NCBI GenBank assembly: GCA_000004695.1
Contig: CM000153.2
Span: 2,400,001 to 2,464,000, forward strand
Origin: Dictyostelium discoideum
Lineage: Eukaryota
Length of the DNA: 64,000 bases
Direction: 5' to 3'
Position 1 is the first letter of the stretch, and each line of letters starts with the position of its first letter. The position numbers and the translations under genes are program-made. The notes under the pieces are model-generated. The model did not search any database. It was not told the DNA's origin and saw nothing but the letters and a program-made list of their open reading frames with translations. Shown piece by piece: positions 37,162 to 48,743 of the stretch.

Positions 37162-39437
37162 CTTAATGGACATAAAGAACCATAATGAAATTCAGCATAA
37201 TGAGATAATAATAAAACTTTATCATTTAAAATTTTAGATGGAATGATTTCAATGAAAAAGTTACTTTGACTTTCAACAGAAGAGATGATTGAAATCTTTG
37301 AACCAAAATGTTCAGCAGCAGCCAAGAGAGTTAAATGATCACCCCAATTTCCATTCTTTGACATATCGTTACAATAGTCATCCCAATTATTAGTATTTAC
37401 AAATTGACAAATGGTAGCACCATTTGGAAGTTGAAAATCTTTATTCTTTCTTAACCAATCGACAATTGTTTTTCTAACTTCTTGAGAATGAGATAAATCA
37501 CCATACAACTGATCGGATAAAGCATGCATTTGACAATTGCCATCACCTGGTATCTCTTTACTATTCTTTAGCATATAAAGTTCCAAACGTTCATTCAAAC
37601 GTTGTTGAGCGATTTGCACCTCTTTTGATTGTGGTAATGGATGAAGATTCAATAAAACATTTGAACTAATCAATGAAGCATCATGATTCATATTCTTTAA
37701 TACTAAACCCTCCAATAATAAATTAGTTTTAATTTCACTATACTGATCTTGAACATGTCCTCCAACAATATGTGGTGATGATGAATTACTTTGTTGTTGC
37801 TGTTGTTGTTGCTTTCTTTGTTTATTTAAACGATCATCTTCTTCAATTCTTTTCTTTTTCTCTTCTTCAATTGATTTCATAATATCAACATACCAAGATT
37901 TTGAATGATAATGAGCAATATCTTCATCCAATTGAATCATTGCAGCAGCTGTTACCCTATCAGTAGCTTCATTAATGAAATATTGGATCCAAATTTGAGC
38001 CTTCTCTTCTTGATTCAATAGACAACATGTTTTTGCATAGATTAACCAAATTGTGGAATCGGAGATTGGGACATCCGATAAAGCTCTTGAAAGTTGATCA
38101 TTTGAAAGACTAAGATAATGTAAGAGATATTTGTAGAGATCATCTTTAATTTGTGGTTTCTGTGTGACGAATCTAGCAGAGGTCACTTGGTGATCGGATT
38201 GAATGATCTTAAAGTAAGAATAGCAGAAACAGCCTAAATTATACTTATACTTTGTCTCTGATGTGCATTTCATAACGGTTCGAAAGAGATTATCATAGAT
38301 AGTTTCAAATATTTTATATTTCAATTGTTTGGTTACCTCCTCCCCAATATACCAAAAGTAGCCTCTACCAGTTAACATTGAGAATAGAGTTTGAGTAAAG
38401 AATACCAAACCATTTGATGAAATATCACTAGTTTCAAAATAATCTTTCAATTGTTTAATATTTTCAAATTGTTGATTAAAATAAATAATTATTGGATTAT
38501 TATTTTTTTGTGATGATAAAACTGTTGAATTTGTAATTGACATTGACATAGTGTTGTTGTTGTTGTTGTTATTACGGTTATCTAGTTGTTGTTGAAATAT
38601 TTTTGCCAACATTTCAATCATAAATTTTGATTTTACAGTCATTAAATTGATTTGTTTAGCAAATGATGGATCGACTTGTGACAATTTCATCAATACTAAT
38701 ATTGAGGCTAAACCACTAAGATGATATTGAATAATATCAACCTTTGTAAAGAACTCTGGTGGTTTATAAACCTCTGGTGTTAATGTGAATGGTAATGATG
38801 ATGTATGAATATTTCTATTGTTTTGTAATTTCAATAAAATTGTATTACATTCTTTTGCTATTGGTAATTGAGCATTATTAAATGTAATATTATCTTGTCC
38901 AACATGATTCGTTGTAAATTTATCAAATTTATCTTTAATTTTATTTAAAATATTTTGAAAAGTTTGTTCCATTGTAAATTGTTGAGTTTGTTGTGGTTGT
39001 GGTTGTGCCATATTTGGTTGTTGCTGTATAGTTTGTGGTGGTTGTTGTTGCTGTTGTTGTACTGTATTTGGTTGTTGTTGTTGTTGTACTATAAGTGGCT
39101 GTTGCTGGTATATTACGTTTGGTGGTTGTTGTTGTAGTTGATTTTGTTGTAGTTGTTGTTGTTGTTGTGCTAATGGAAGTTGATTAACATATATGTATCG
39201 TATTGGGAGTGGTTGTAATATTGATGAAATATTTGGTTGGTATGGTTGTGGAATATGTTGGTATGGTTGTTGATTTGATGCTGTTGTTGGTATATTACCA
39301 CTATATTGCTGCTGAGCTAAAAAAGATGTTGGAGATGTTGGGTTTTGTGTTTGTTGTTGTTGTTGTAGTTGTTGTTGTTGTTGCTGTTGTTGTTGTTGTG
39401 CTAATTGAATATATGATGGTGGAGATTGTACATTTAC
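37158..39437 (-). CDS. OTU-domain protein (putative deubiquitinase), exon 2 (incl. stop; Q/P-rich N-terminal half)
   Basis: C-terminal OTU motifs [14 protein letters not shown] (catalytic Cys) and ...[10 protein letters not shown] (His). The frame is open for ~140 codons upstream of the track's ATG at 39011 ([16 protein letters not shown]...QPNMAQPQ) up to acceptor ag at 39439/39438. Confidence 0.7.
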
Positions 39438-39653
39438 CTTTATTTTTTTTATTTTTTTGTTTATTATTTGTTATTATTTTTATTATTTGTTATTTTTATT
39501 ATTATTTATTAGAATAGGGTATGGTTAATAAAAATAATAATAATAATAATAATAATGAAAGACTTTTAATTTTACAATAAAATAAAATTATGGTGAATTG
39601 CTAGCAATAGTTCACGCTACACACACACACATCTAGTTCTTTAAAATACTTAC

Positions 39654-39674
39654 AAAGTTTGCAGAGTGAGACAT
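39654..39674 (-). CDS. OTU gene exon 1: 7-codon micro-exon ATG TCT CAC TCT GCA AAC TTT (MSHSANF) followed by a GTAAGT donor
   Basis: ATG at 39674-39672 in an A-rich context. A perfect GTAAGT donor follows at 39653. The 216-nt AT-rich intron (with (AAT)n and a GT-dinucleotide run) ends at an acceptor that joins exon 2 in phase 0. Total 2301 nt = 766 aa + stop. Confidence 0.45.
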
Positions 39675-41715
39675 GGTGTGTTGTGAAAATAAATGAAAAA
39701 GATAATAATGAATGAAAAAAAAAATAAATAAATAAATAAATAAAAAATAAAATAAAAAAAAAAAAAAAAAACTGTGTGTGAAATTAATTAGATTATTTTT
39801 TTATTTTATTTTTATTATTTTTTTTTTTATAAATAAATTTTAATATAAAAAAAAAAAATAATAATAATAATATCTAAAAGAGTTTTTTTAATTTGATATT
39901 ATTTATTTATTATTTATTTATTTATAAAAAATAAATTATAGTGGAAAAAAAAAGGTCTGTTTTTTTTTTTTTTTTTTTTTTTTTTCTTACTATTTTTTTT
40001 TTAAATTTTTAGGGCAATTTAAATTTTAATTTATTTTTATTTTAATTTTTTTTTAAATTTTAATTTTTTTTTTTAATTTTTTTTTTTAATTTTTTTAAGT
40101 TTTTTTTCTCAAACAATGACAACCCAAGGATTTATTTTAATGTTAATCATGATGGAAGAATTAAATTAAACAAGAAATATTTCTTAGTAATGAATACACC
40201 AAACTTGGTAAGATGTTTGAAAATAAAACCTAAAAAAAAAAAAAAATCTAAAAAAAAAGATCTATTAATAAAAAATCTTAAAAAATAATCTTTTTACTCG
40301 AAAAAATAAAAATAATTTACATATTTCAATATTGGTTAACACAATGGTATATATATATCTAGAAATTAAATTGAATATATAATTAAAAAAAAAAAAATAA
40401 AAAAAAAAAAAAATAAAATAAAATAAAATAAAAAAATAAATAAATAATAAAATAAAATTAATTAAGTATTTTTTTAAAACTTCAATTATTTTAATTTTTA
40501 AAATGTCTTTTTTTCATGGCCAATTTTGTTTAATAATTTTTAATATTAAATTGTAGTTTTAAGTAATTAAACAATAATTTTTTTTTTTGTTTTTTTTTTT
40601 TCCCTTAAATTCCAATGATACCATTTTTAAAATTAAAATTGGTGGTTGTGGTTATTGGGGGGAGAATTAAGAAATTAGCAATAAACAAGATTACTTGTTT
40701 ATTATTAAATCGCAATCAATTAATAATAACTTGCCTTTTCTTATTAGATACGATTATAATATGTTTAAAAATTCAAAACTTTTTAATTTTAAATTTAATT
40801 TTTTTTGACTAGAGATTTCTTGTAAAAGATAAATTCTTATTATGAAAATCTCTATTAATGTACTCAATATTATGAAATTTAATTTAACATTACAATTTAT
40901 TATTAAAAAAAAATAAAAAAATAAAAATAAAATAATTTTAAAAAATAAAAATAATTTAAAAGATTATAGTAATTTTTATTTTTTTAAATTTAATATGAAG
41001 TTCGATTTGATTTGATTTGGTTTTTTTATTTTAATATATTATTTTTATTATTTTTATTATTTTTTTATTATTTTTTTTTTATTTATTTTTTTTTTTTCAA
41101 TGAAATGAATCTTAAAATATTAATTTTAAAAATAATTATTATTGTTATTGATAATATTATATATAATTATATAAATATATATATATTTTAACCTTCATCA
41201 ATATCCAACCATTAACGGAAAGACACAGACCTTTCTTAAAATTTTATAACTTTCCTTCTTCGTTAAAGGAAAAAAAAAAATTTAATTTTTTTGTTTTTTT
41301 TTAATTTTTTTTTTTTTTTTTTTATTCCAATTTTGATATTCTATTTTTAATTTTATCAAAAAATAAAATTATATTAGCAAATAATAAAAATAATAATAAA
41401 AAAAAAAAAAAAAAAAAAAAAAGATAAAATTTAAAAAAAATGGGGGTTGGAAAAAATTAGGAAAAAAACCAATTGGGATGTTTTTGAGATAGAAATTTTT
41501 GTAAATCTAGTTTTGATTCTTTTATCTCGATAATATGAGATTATCATCATTGAAAAATATTTTATTGGAATATTAAAAACATAGAGTAACACAAACGGAA
41601 TCATGTATATTTTTCTTTTTTTGTTTTATTTGTGTATATTTATATAATTTTTTTAATTTTTTTAATTTTTTTTTATTTTTTTTTATTTTTTATTTTTGAC
41701 AAAATTGGTTGATAC

Positions 41716-41775
41716 TCTCACACACACAATAATTAACCACACTCCCATCCCACACACCCCACTCCCCCGCTCACC
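41716..41775. promoter_or_regulatory. C/CA-rich element (ctcacacacacaa...cactcccatcccacacaccccactcccccgctcacc), candidate G-box/GBF-type site ~430-490 bp upstream of the psi-type gene ATG
   Basis: Its composition differs sharply from the AT-rich surroundings. The minus strand reads GGGGTGTGTGGGATGGGAGTGTGG, resembling the GTGTGGG half-sites of Dictyostelium post-aggregative gene promoters. Confidence 0.3.
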
Positions 41776-41865
41776 AAAATTACCAAACATCAACATATAA
41801 AACATGTGTGAGTTAGTTGGATGTGTTTATTTTTATTTCAAAAAAAAAAAAAAACAAAATTAAAA

Positions 41866-41896
<31 letters not shown>

Positions 41897-42204
41897 AAAA
41901 CAAAAAAAAAAAAAAAAAAAAAAAAGAAAAGAAAGGAAAAAACAACCATTTATTAATTTTTGTATGATTATTATAATTCAAATTAAAAATATATTATATA
42001 AATATATATAAATATATATTAAATAAAAATAATAATAAAATAAATTTAATATAATAAAAAATTTTTTTGAGAAAAAAAAAAAATAAAAAAAAAAAAAAAA
42101 AAAAAAAAACCAAAAAAAAACAAAAAAAAAAAACCAATAAAAAAAAAATAAAAAACAATAAACAAAATTATATTTATTAAATAATTATAATCAATACAAA
42201 TAAA

Positions 42205-42292
42205 ATGAAAAAAATAAACAATAATAAAATTTTTGTTTTATTTTTGACAATATTATTATATTTATTAAATATTACAACTGCGCAAAAGCCAG
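42205..42292 (+). CDS. psi-type (PA14 + Cys-rich repeats + TM) secreted/membrane protein, exon 1 (signal peptide)
   Basis: ATG 42205. MKKINNNKIFVLFLTILLYLLNITTAQKP is a typical signal peptide. GTAAAT donor at 42293. Confidence 0.65.
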
Positions 42293-42445
42293 GTAAATAT
42301 AAATAAATAAAAAAAAAATAAAATATTTTTATAATAATAAATATTTTAATTAATTTATTAAATTTTACTAATTAAATTTTTTTTTAAAAAATCATAATAA
42401 ATAAATAAATAAATAAAAAAAATACATTTTTTTTTTTTTTTTTAG

Positions 42446-42751
42446 TGTCAATAAATATAAAGATATTTGATCAATTACCTTTATATAATGATAATTTTGG
42501 TTCACAATCAAGAGCAGCAACCATTAAGAGTATGGTTGCAACATCATTAAATACAACATTTAAAACTCCAAGTTTAGGATCAGCCACCTCAAGCTTACCA
42601 TCACCACAATTATTCCAATATTGGTTTCAATCAAATTTTGCCAATGAAACAAAAAACTCTGGTTTAAATGCCCCATTAACAAGAACAATTACCTTAAACT
42701 ATGATTCTGACAGTGGTAATTATATTTTCAACAATCCAAATTTCTTTTTAA
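42446..42751 (+). CDS. psi-type gene exon 2
   Basis: Acceptor ag at 42444-45 (the track's GTG 'M' ORF 42445..42801). GTAGGT donor at 42752 was chosen because it gives the phase needed by exon 3. Confidence 0.55.
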
Positions 42752-42758
42752 GTAGGTA

Positions 42759-42802
<44 letters not shown>

Positions 42803-42878
42803 TTTCTAAACTAATTTTCTTTTTTTTTTTTTTTTTAATTTTTTCTTTTTTTTTTTTTATATTTATTAAATTAAATAG

Positions 42879-43249
42879 TTGATACAGATGGATTCGATAA
42901 AACAGCATCAAATCGTATTTATAAAGATTCAACTGGTACATATCATAATTACCATTATTGTGTTGCCTTTAATTATGTTTTTAAACCAGACGGCCAAGGA
43001 AAAGAAATGTTTAAATTCACTGGTAATGATGATGTTTGGGTATTTGTAAACAATAAATTATTATTAGATGGCGGTGGTGTTCGTTCACCAGAGGCAACAA
43101 CAGTTGATTTCACAAAAGCTGGACTTGTTAAAAGTCAAGAAACTCCATTAGATTTCTTTTATTGCGAACGTAGTACAAACTCTCCTCCATCATTTAAAAT
43201 TGAAACTAATCTTGGCGGATTATATTGTAAAGCTTATGATTATTGCGGT
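42879..43249 (+). CDS. psi-type gene exon 3 (PA14 domain core)
   Basis: FKFTGNDDVWVFVNNKLLLDGGG...DFFYCERSTNSPPSFKIETNLGGLYCKAYDYCG is a PA14 signature. GTAAGT donor at 43250. Confidence 0.65.
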
Positions 43250-43299
43250 GTAAGTATTATTTATTTTTTAAATTAATATTAATTAAAATTTAATTATAA

Positions 43300-43358
<59 letters not shown>

Positions 43359-43378
43359 ATATTTAAAATTAATTTTAG

Positions 43379-44683
43379 GTTTGTAATGGTGATGGTGGTA
43401 CATGTTGTAATCCACAAACAGATTGTTTAACTCAATTAGAAAATGGTACATTAATTAATGATAAATGTACAATACCAATTTGCCCACCTTTAGATACACA
43501 AATTGATAAAAATCTTGGTATTGGTTTCTTCTGTCAACATTCTCAAATTCCAGATCCATATGCTGGAAGTTTATGTGAAAAGGGAGAATGTGATTCATTA
43601 ACTGGTATTTGGACTAGAAATACAAGTATTTGTCCAACTGATAAGGATCTTGCACCACAATGTAGAAAACAAGCTACATGTGATCCAAAATTAGGTTGTC
43701 AATCAACTTACTTATGTAACAATGTTTGTGATATTGGTACATGTAACAATGGAACTTGTACCCAAAAGACATCGAATGATTGTGTCCAAGAGTTGGATCG
43801 TGGTGTTGAAGATAAATGTTTCACTTATAAATGTGTTCCAAATGTTGGTTGTTCCAAAACTCCAATTTGTCCAAGAGGTACTGATCCATGTAAAAACTAT
43901 ACCTGTTCTGGAGGTATTTGTGGAACTGTTGATATTCCTCAAAGTGAATGCAGTTGTCCTTGCCCAGGTTTAAACAAATGTAATACCAGAATTTGTAATC
44001 CAGATAATACTTGCACTCTTTTCAATCTCACTGAGATTAACGATGGTAACCCATGTACTGATGATTTATGTGACCCAGTCACCGGTGACATCACTCATGT
44101 TATGACCACTAGATGTTCAGGTTGTAACACTTGTGATGTTAAGACTGGTAAATGTGTAGCTCAAGATTCTCATTGTGATGATGGTAATCCATGTACTGAT
44201 AATGCTTGTGTCGCTTCAGCTAATAGTACCGCCAATAGCCAAGTTGGTCAATGCACTCAAACTCCAACTGCTAAATGTGATTTGGGTGATAAATGTATGG
44301 TTTACAGTTGTACCTTGGAAGGTGGTTGTAATGCAACTCAACGTGTTTGTCCAAACTCTGGTGCTTGTAAAATTGGTTATTGTGAACCTGGTTTCGGTTG
44401 TAAATTAAAGGATAGAGTTTGTTCTTCCGATTGGTATTGTATTGAAGCTCAATGTGATGCAAAATATGGTTGCATTCAATTCGATAGAAGATGTGCTCCT
44501 GATAATAGTAAATGTCAAGAAGGTGTCTGTGTAAACAATACTGCTATCGGTAAAAATGATGGAAAATGTATTTCTGAAGATTATGATCCAAAACCATTTG
44601 TTTGTCAAAAAGCTGCTTTAGTTTCAACTGCTGTTATTGCAAGTGTTGTTGTAGTTGGTGCTGTTGTTTTAGGTGCTGCTATA
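43379..44683 (+). CDS. psi-type gene exon 4 (about 20 Dictyostelium-type Cys-rich repeats and the TM helix)
   Basis: Acceptor ag at 43377-78. CxxxxC-rich repeats (CTDDLCDPVTG, CDDGNPCTDNAC...). TM segment ALVSTAVIASVVVVGAVVLGAAI. GTAAGT donor at 44684. Confidence 0.7.
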
Positions 44684-44694
44684 GTAAGTAATCT

Positions 44695-44738
<44 letters not shown>

Positions 44739-44790
44739 AAATTCTAATACCTTATTTTCTTTTCTTTTTTTTTTTTTTAATTTAATAAAG

Positions 44791-44922
44791 TTTGCGGGTA
44801 AGAAAGGTTATGATGCTTGGAAAACAAGTCAAGGAAATGTTATGGCAGCTTCACAAGCTAATCCATTATATACTCAATCAAGTAATGGAGGTGAAAATCC
44901 ACTCTATAACTCACCAACATAA
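44791..44922 (+). CDS. psi-type gene exon 5 (cytoplasmic tail with two NPxY motifs; stop TAA 44920-22)
   Basis: FAGKKGYDAWKTSQGNVMAASQANPLYTQSSNGGENPLYNSPT*. The five exons sum to 2202 nt = 733 aa + stop. The ORF-track ORF 44792..44992 is the wrong frame. Confidence 0.6.
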   Translation, partial: FAGKKGYDAWKTSQGNVMAASQANPLYTQSSNGGENPLYNSPT

Positions 44923-45041
44923 ATCCAAAAACCTAATTTATAAAATCATGTATTGTTTTAATTTTAATTTTTTTCCAGTCTTATTTTCATAAAAATGCGC
45001 CTCAAATATATAATGTACAAAAAAAAAAAAAAAAAAAAAAA

Positions 45042-45072
<31 letters not shown>

Positions 45073-45241
45073 ATTAAAATAACCAAAAAAAATAAACCTT
45101 TTTAATAAACATAAAATATAATTTTTTAAAAAAAAAAAAAAAAAAATTGTTTTTATTATTTTATTATTATTTTCTATAAATCATTGGAATAATATTATTG
45201 TTAGAAATAAAAATATTAAATGTACAATAGAATATCCTTAA

Positions 45242-45279
<38 letters not shown>

Positions 45280-45393
45280 TTAATAATAATTTTATATTAC
45301 AGTGCTTAATTATACAAAATTTTAAAATAAATAATAATAATAATAAAAATAATAAAGCCAATTTCTTGTTATAAGTTATTTTTGTTGAAAATT

Positions 45394-46003
45394 TTATAAA
45401 TCATCATCATCACCACCATTTTTTGAAACTTCAACACTAAACATTGAAGTATTGAATTGATCAGAAGTATTATTTGTTGAAGTATTATTCTTTGTAGTTG
45501 AAGTTGCACCAACACTTGAAATTTTAGAACGAATTGCTTTAAAGTATTTATTATTCACAAGATCAGATTCTAAAATTATATTTTTTGAACGAGAATTAAT
45601 ACCATAGAAAATGCAAACTTCAATACCTAACAAACGTAAGAAAAATAAAAATATAAATTGAGTTGCATAAGGTACGGCTTTTGGTAATGGACAACCATCT
45701 GATGAACCTGTTGTTTGAACACAAATTACCCAATCTGTAATATTTTGTGTGAATTTCTCTGTATTTTCTTGAACCCAAAAATGATATACAAATAAATAAA
45801 TATATTCTATAAAAATAAATGAAACTATACCAAATAATCTTGCATTTGCTAATATAATTGAAATTCCTGATCTACCAACATTTTTAAAAACTTTAACAAT
45901 TTCATAAATAATTAAACAAATTGAAACTGCTCCAATTAATAAACATATTAACATTGGTATCCAAAAACAACCATTTTGAACTGAATTACTCATAATCCAA
46001 CAA
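45394..46003 (-). CDS. Frizzled/smoothened-like 7TM receptor, exon 5 (last; TM5-7 + S/T/N-rich tail)
   Basis: 199-aa ORF (...CWIPMLICLLIGAVSICLIIYEIV...) extended to acceptor ag at 46005/46004. Confidence 0.7.
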
Positions 46004-46106
46004 CTGTTTTTTTTTTTTCAAAAAAAAAAAAAAACAAAACATCTTAATTAATATTAATTAAAAAATTAAAAATTAATTTTTTTAAGAAAAAAAAAAAAAT
46101 ACAAAC

Positions 46107-46255
46107 CCAACACCTCCAAAACCATATCCATAATCATCCCAAGCTAATGGTACAGTTGTAAATAATAAAGCTAAAGTAAAAATTGCAGCAACAAAATATT
46201 TAACAGTAAATGCTGGTAATGATAATTTTTTAATAACTAAATATAAATCAATTGC
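46107..46255 (-). CDS. fsl-like gene exon 4 (TM helix AIDLYLVIKKLSLPAFTVKYFVAAIFTLALLF)
   Basis: Acceptor ag at 46257/46256. GTTTGT donor at 46106. Phase 2 joins exon 5. Confidence 0.55.
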
Positions 46256-46345
46256 CTAAAAATTAAAATAATTAAAAATAAAAAATTAATTTTTGATTAT
46301 AAAAAAAAAATAAAAAAAAATAATAATAATTAAATAAATAAATAC

Positions 46346-46381
46346 CATTGCTGACCAAAACATTGTTGTACAAACTGCACC
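46346..46381 (-). CDS. fsl-like gene exon 3: 36-nt micro-exon (GAVCTTMFWSAM)
   Basis: Flanked by acceptor ag at 46383/46382 and a GTATTT donor at 46345. Phase 0 on both sides. Confidence 0.5.
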
Positions 46382-46427
46382 CTATAATAATTTTAAATAA
46401 ATATAGTGTTAATAATATTAATTTTAC

Positions 46428-46471
<44 letters not shown>

Positions 46472-46475
46472 ATAC

Positions 46476-47320
46476 CCATTGAAAAATTATACCATTTGCA
46501 ACACATCTTGAATCATGAATTCTTGCAAATCTACCAGGTTCAGGACAAACTAAAGAATAATCTGGACTTGAAGCGACAATTAAATCTGATAACATACAAC
46601 ACCATAAAGAAAATGATAAACATAAAATACCAATTGTATGTCTATCATGTTTTTTATTTAAAAAACCATATATGAAAATATTGAAAAATATACAAACAAA
46701 TGAAATTACACCAGTAACTGTTGTTAAATCTTTAAATTGGTACCATTCATTCTCTGTAAAGAATGGTACTGGACAGGGTAATAAACAATCGGAGGTTTCG
46801 GTAAGATATTGGTAACCTTTTTTAATATCATCTTCTCTATTGGTTGAATTTCTATAAACTAAAGGATAAACACATGTTTGATTAACAATTACAGTTTCAT
46901 TATTTGAAATATAGGTACCATTTAAATTACCTGCTTTCATCGTATCAATATTTAAACATTGTAAATCATAATTACTTGGTCCACCCAATGATGAAAGATC
47001 AAATACATTTGATGTAACTGGAAATTTATAAATTGTTGGTTCTGTGAATGTACCTGTGCATGGGGTAATTGATTGAGTTCCACAAATACCATTACCATAA
47101 TCACATGATTCTCTACATGGTCTTAAAGGAATTGCTATAGTTGATGAATTATCTGTTTTTGAAATTGGAACACAAGTTTGGAAATATTGATTACATATTA
47201 ATCTATAAGTTGATGGAACTTGGCATGTTGATGGGAGCATTGAAAAAAATCCCAACAAACGTTTTATTTCTAATTCTATACTTTCTTGTGTTGTTGTTGA
47301 ATTAAAAATATAAATTGAAT
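46476..47320 (-). CDS. fsl-like gene exon 2 (Frizzled-type Cys-rich domain + TM1-3)
   Basis: CRD pattern ...LLGFFSMLPSTCQVPSTYRLICNQYFQTC (C..LC..Y.P.C), then FVCIFFNIFIYGFLNKKHDRHTIGILCLSFSLWCCML. GTATGT donor at 46475; acceptor ag at 47322/47321. Confidence 0.65.
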
Positions 47321-47694
47321 CTGGATTTGAGAAAAAAAAAAAAAAAAGATTTTTTTTAAATTAGATTTTTTAATTTTGGGCAAAAGTGTTTAAAAAAAAA
47401 AAAAATTTTATTCATTTTTTTAAATGGGGGAAATTTCAAAAATAACCACAATTATATAATAATCAAAATAAAGGATTAGATATTTAAGTAGATTTTTATT
47501 TTGATTATTTTTTTATGATTTTTTTTTTTTTTGGTAAAGGTAAATTTTGTGTATTATCATATAAAATTAAATTAATTGAATTTAATTTAATTTAATAATA
47601 AATTTCATTTTTTTTTTTAATAAGATAAAGAGTTTTGGTTATATATAAAAATAAAAAATAAAAAATAAAGTATTAAAAAAATAATAATATTCAC

Positions 47695-47839
47695 CTGTAT
47701 TAAATAAATATGGGTCACATATGGATGTTATAGTTTTCTTTTGGCAAAATGCATCCGAATTTATTGCTTTTTGTGAATTTACATAATTATAAAAAATAAA
47801 AAATATTATAAAAAAAAGTGATTTTCTAATATCCACCAT
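47695..47839 (-). CDS. fsl-like gene exon 1 (signal peptide + start of CRD)
   Basis: ATG 47839-37. MVDIRKSLFFIIFFIFYNYVNSQKA...CQKKTITSICDPYLFNT. GTGAAT donor at 47694. The five exons sum to 1785 nt = 594 aa + stop. Confidence 0.55.
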
Positions 47840-48743
47840 TTTATGTTTATTATATTTTTTTAATTTTAAATTGAATTAAAAAAAAAAAAAAAAAAAAAAA
47901 AAAGATTTGGTTTGATTTTTATTTTTATTTTTTTTTTTTTTTTAAAGGAAAATCAGTAAAAAAATAAAAAAAATAAATGTAAATATATTTATAATAAAAA
48001 AATATAAAAAAAAAAAAAGGTGGGAAAAGGATTACGGGGTGGGAAAAAAAAAATGATTTGCCTATAAAAAAATAAAAAAAAATTTAAAAAGAGTAAAATT
48101 AAAATAAAAAAAAAAAAAAAATAAAAAAAAAAAAAAAATAATATTTGAATAACTATAGGGTTCAGTTTTTACTTTTTTGAAAGATTTTTACCTCGACCGT
48201 TGATATTTTTGGTGCTATAATAAAAAATATCTAAAAAACAAAAAAAAAATAAAAATAAAAATAAAAATAAAAAAAAAAAAACAAACAAAACGGTTTTGTT
48301 GCACGAAATTGAAAAAAAAAAAAAATGCGTACAACCATATCATCAGTAAACTTCTGGAATAATAAAATATAATGTTTGGTTTATTATTTAAACTCTTTTT
48401 TTTTTTTTTGTAATTGTTGTCCTTTATTTTTTTAATGATTTTACCTTTCACTCTTTGTAAAAAATATCTACAAGAAATTATAAATTTAATATCTCATTTA
48501 AGAAACATATTTATTGAAAATTAATAATAAAAAAAATAAAAATAAAATGATAATAAAAAAAAATGAAACAATTAATATAAAAATGAAATAATAAAAAATT
48601 AATGATAAAATTGTAAAGAAAAAAAAAAAAATAATAAAAATGAAATAATAAAAAATTAATGATAATTTGAAGTGAAGCAAAAGCTTTTTTTTAAAAAACA
48701 AACAATAGAAAAACTATTTTGTTTTATTATTATTTTTTTATTA

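Noticed and set aside
40183-40206. ATG AAT ACA CCA AAC TTG + GTAAGA, a micro-exon-like pattern in the 2.5-kb gap 39700-42200
   Set aside because: No downstream exon in a compatible phase could be found within the window, and the pattern occurs by chance in AT-rich DNA. It is mentioned only as a possible unannotated start.
44792-44992. ORF MRVRKVMMLGKQ... (66 aa, +)
   Set aside because: Frame +1 relative to the correctly phased last exon of the psi-type gene (FAGKKGYDAWK...NPLYNSPT*). The track ORF is a frame artefact.
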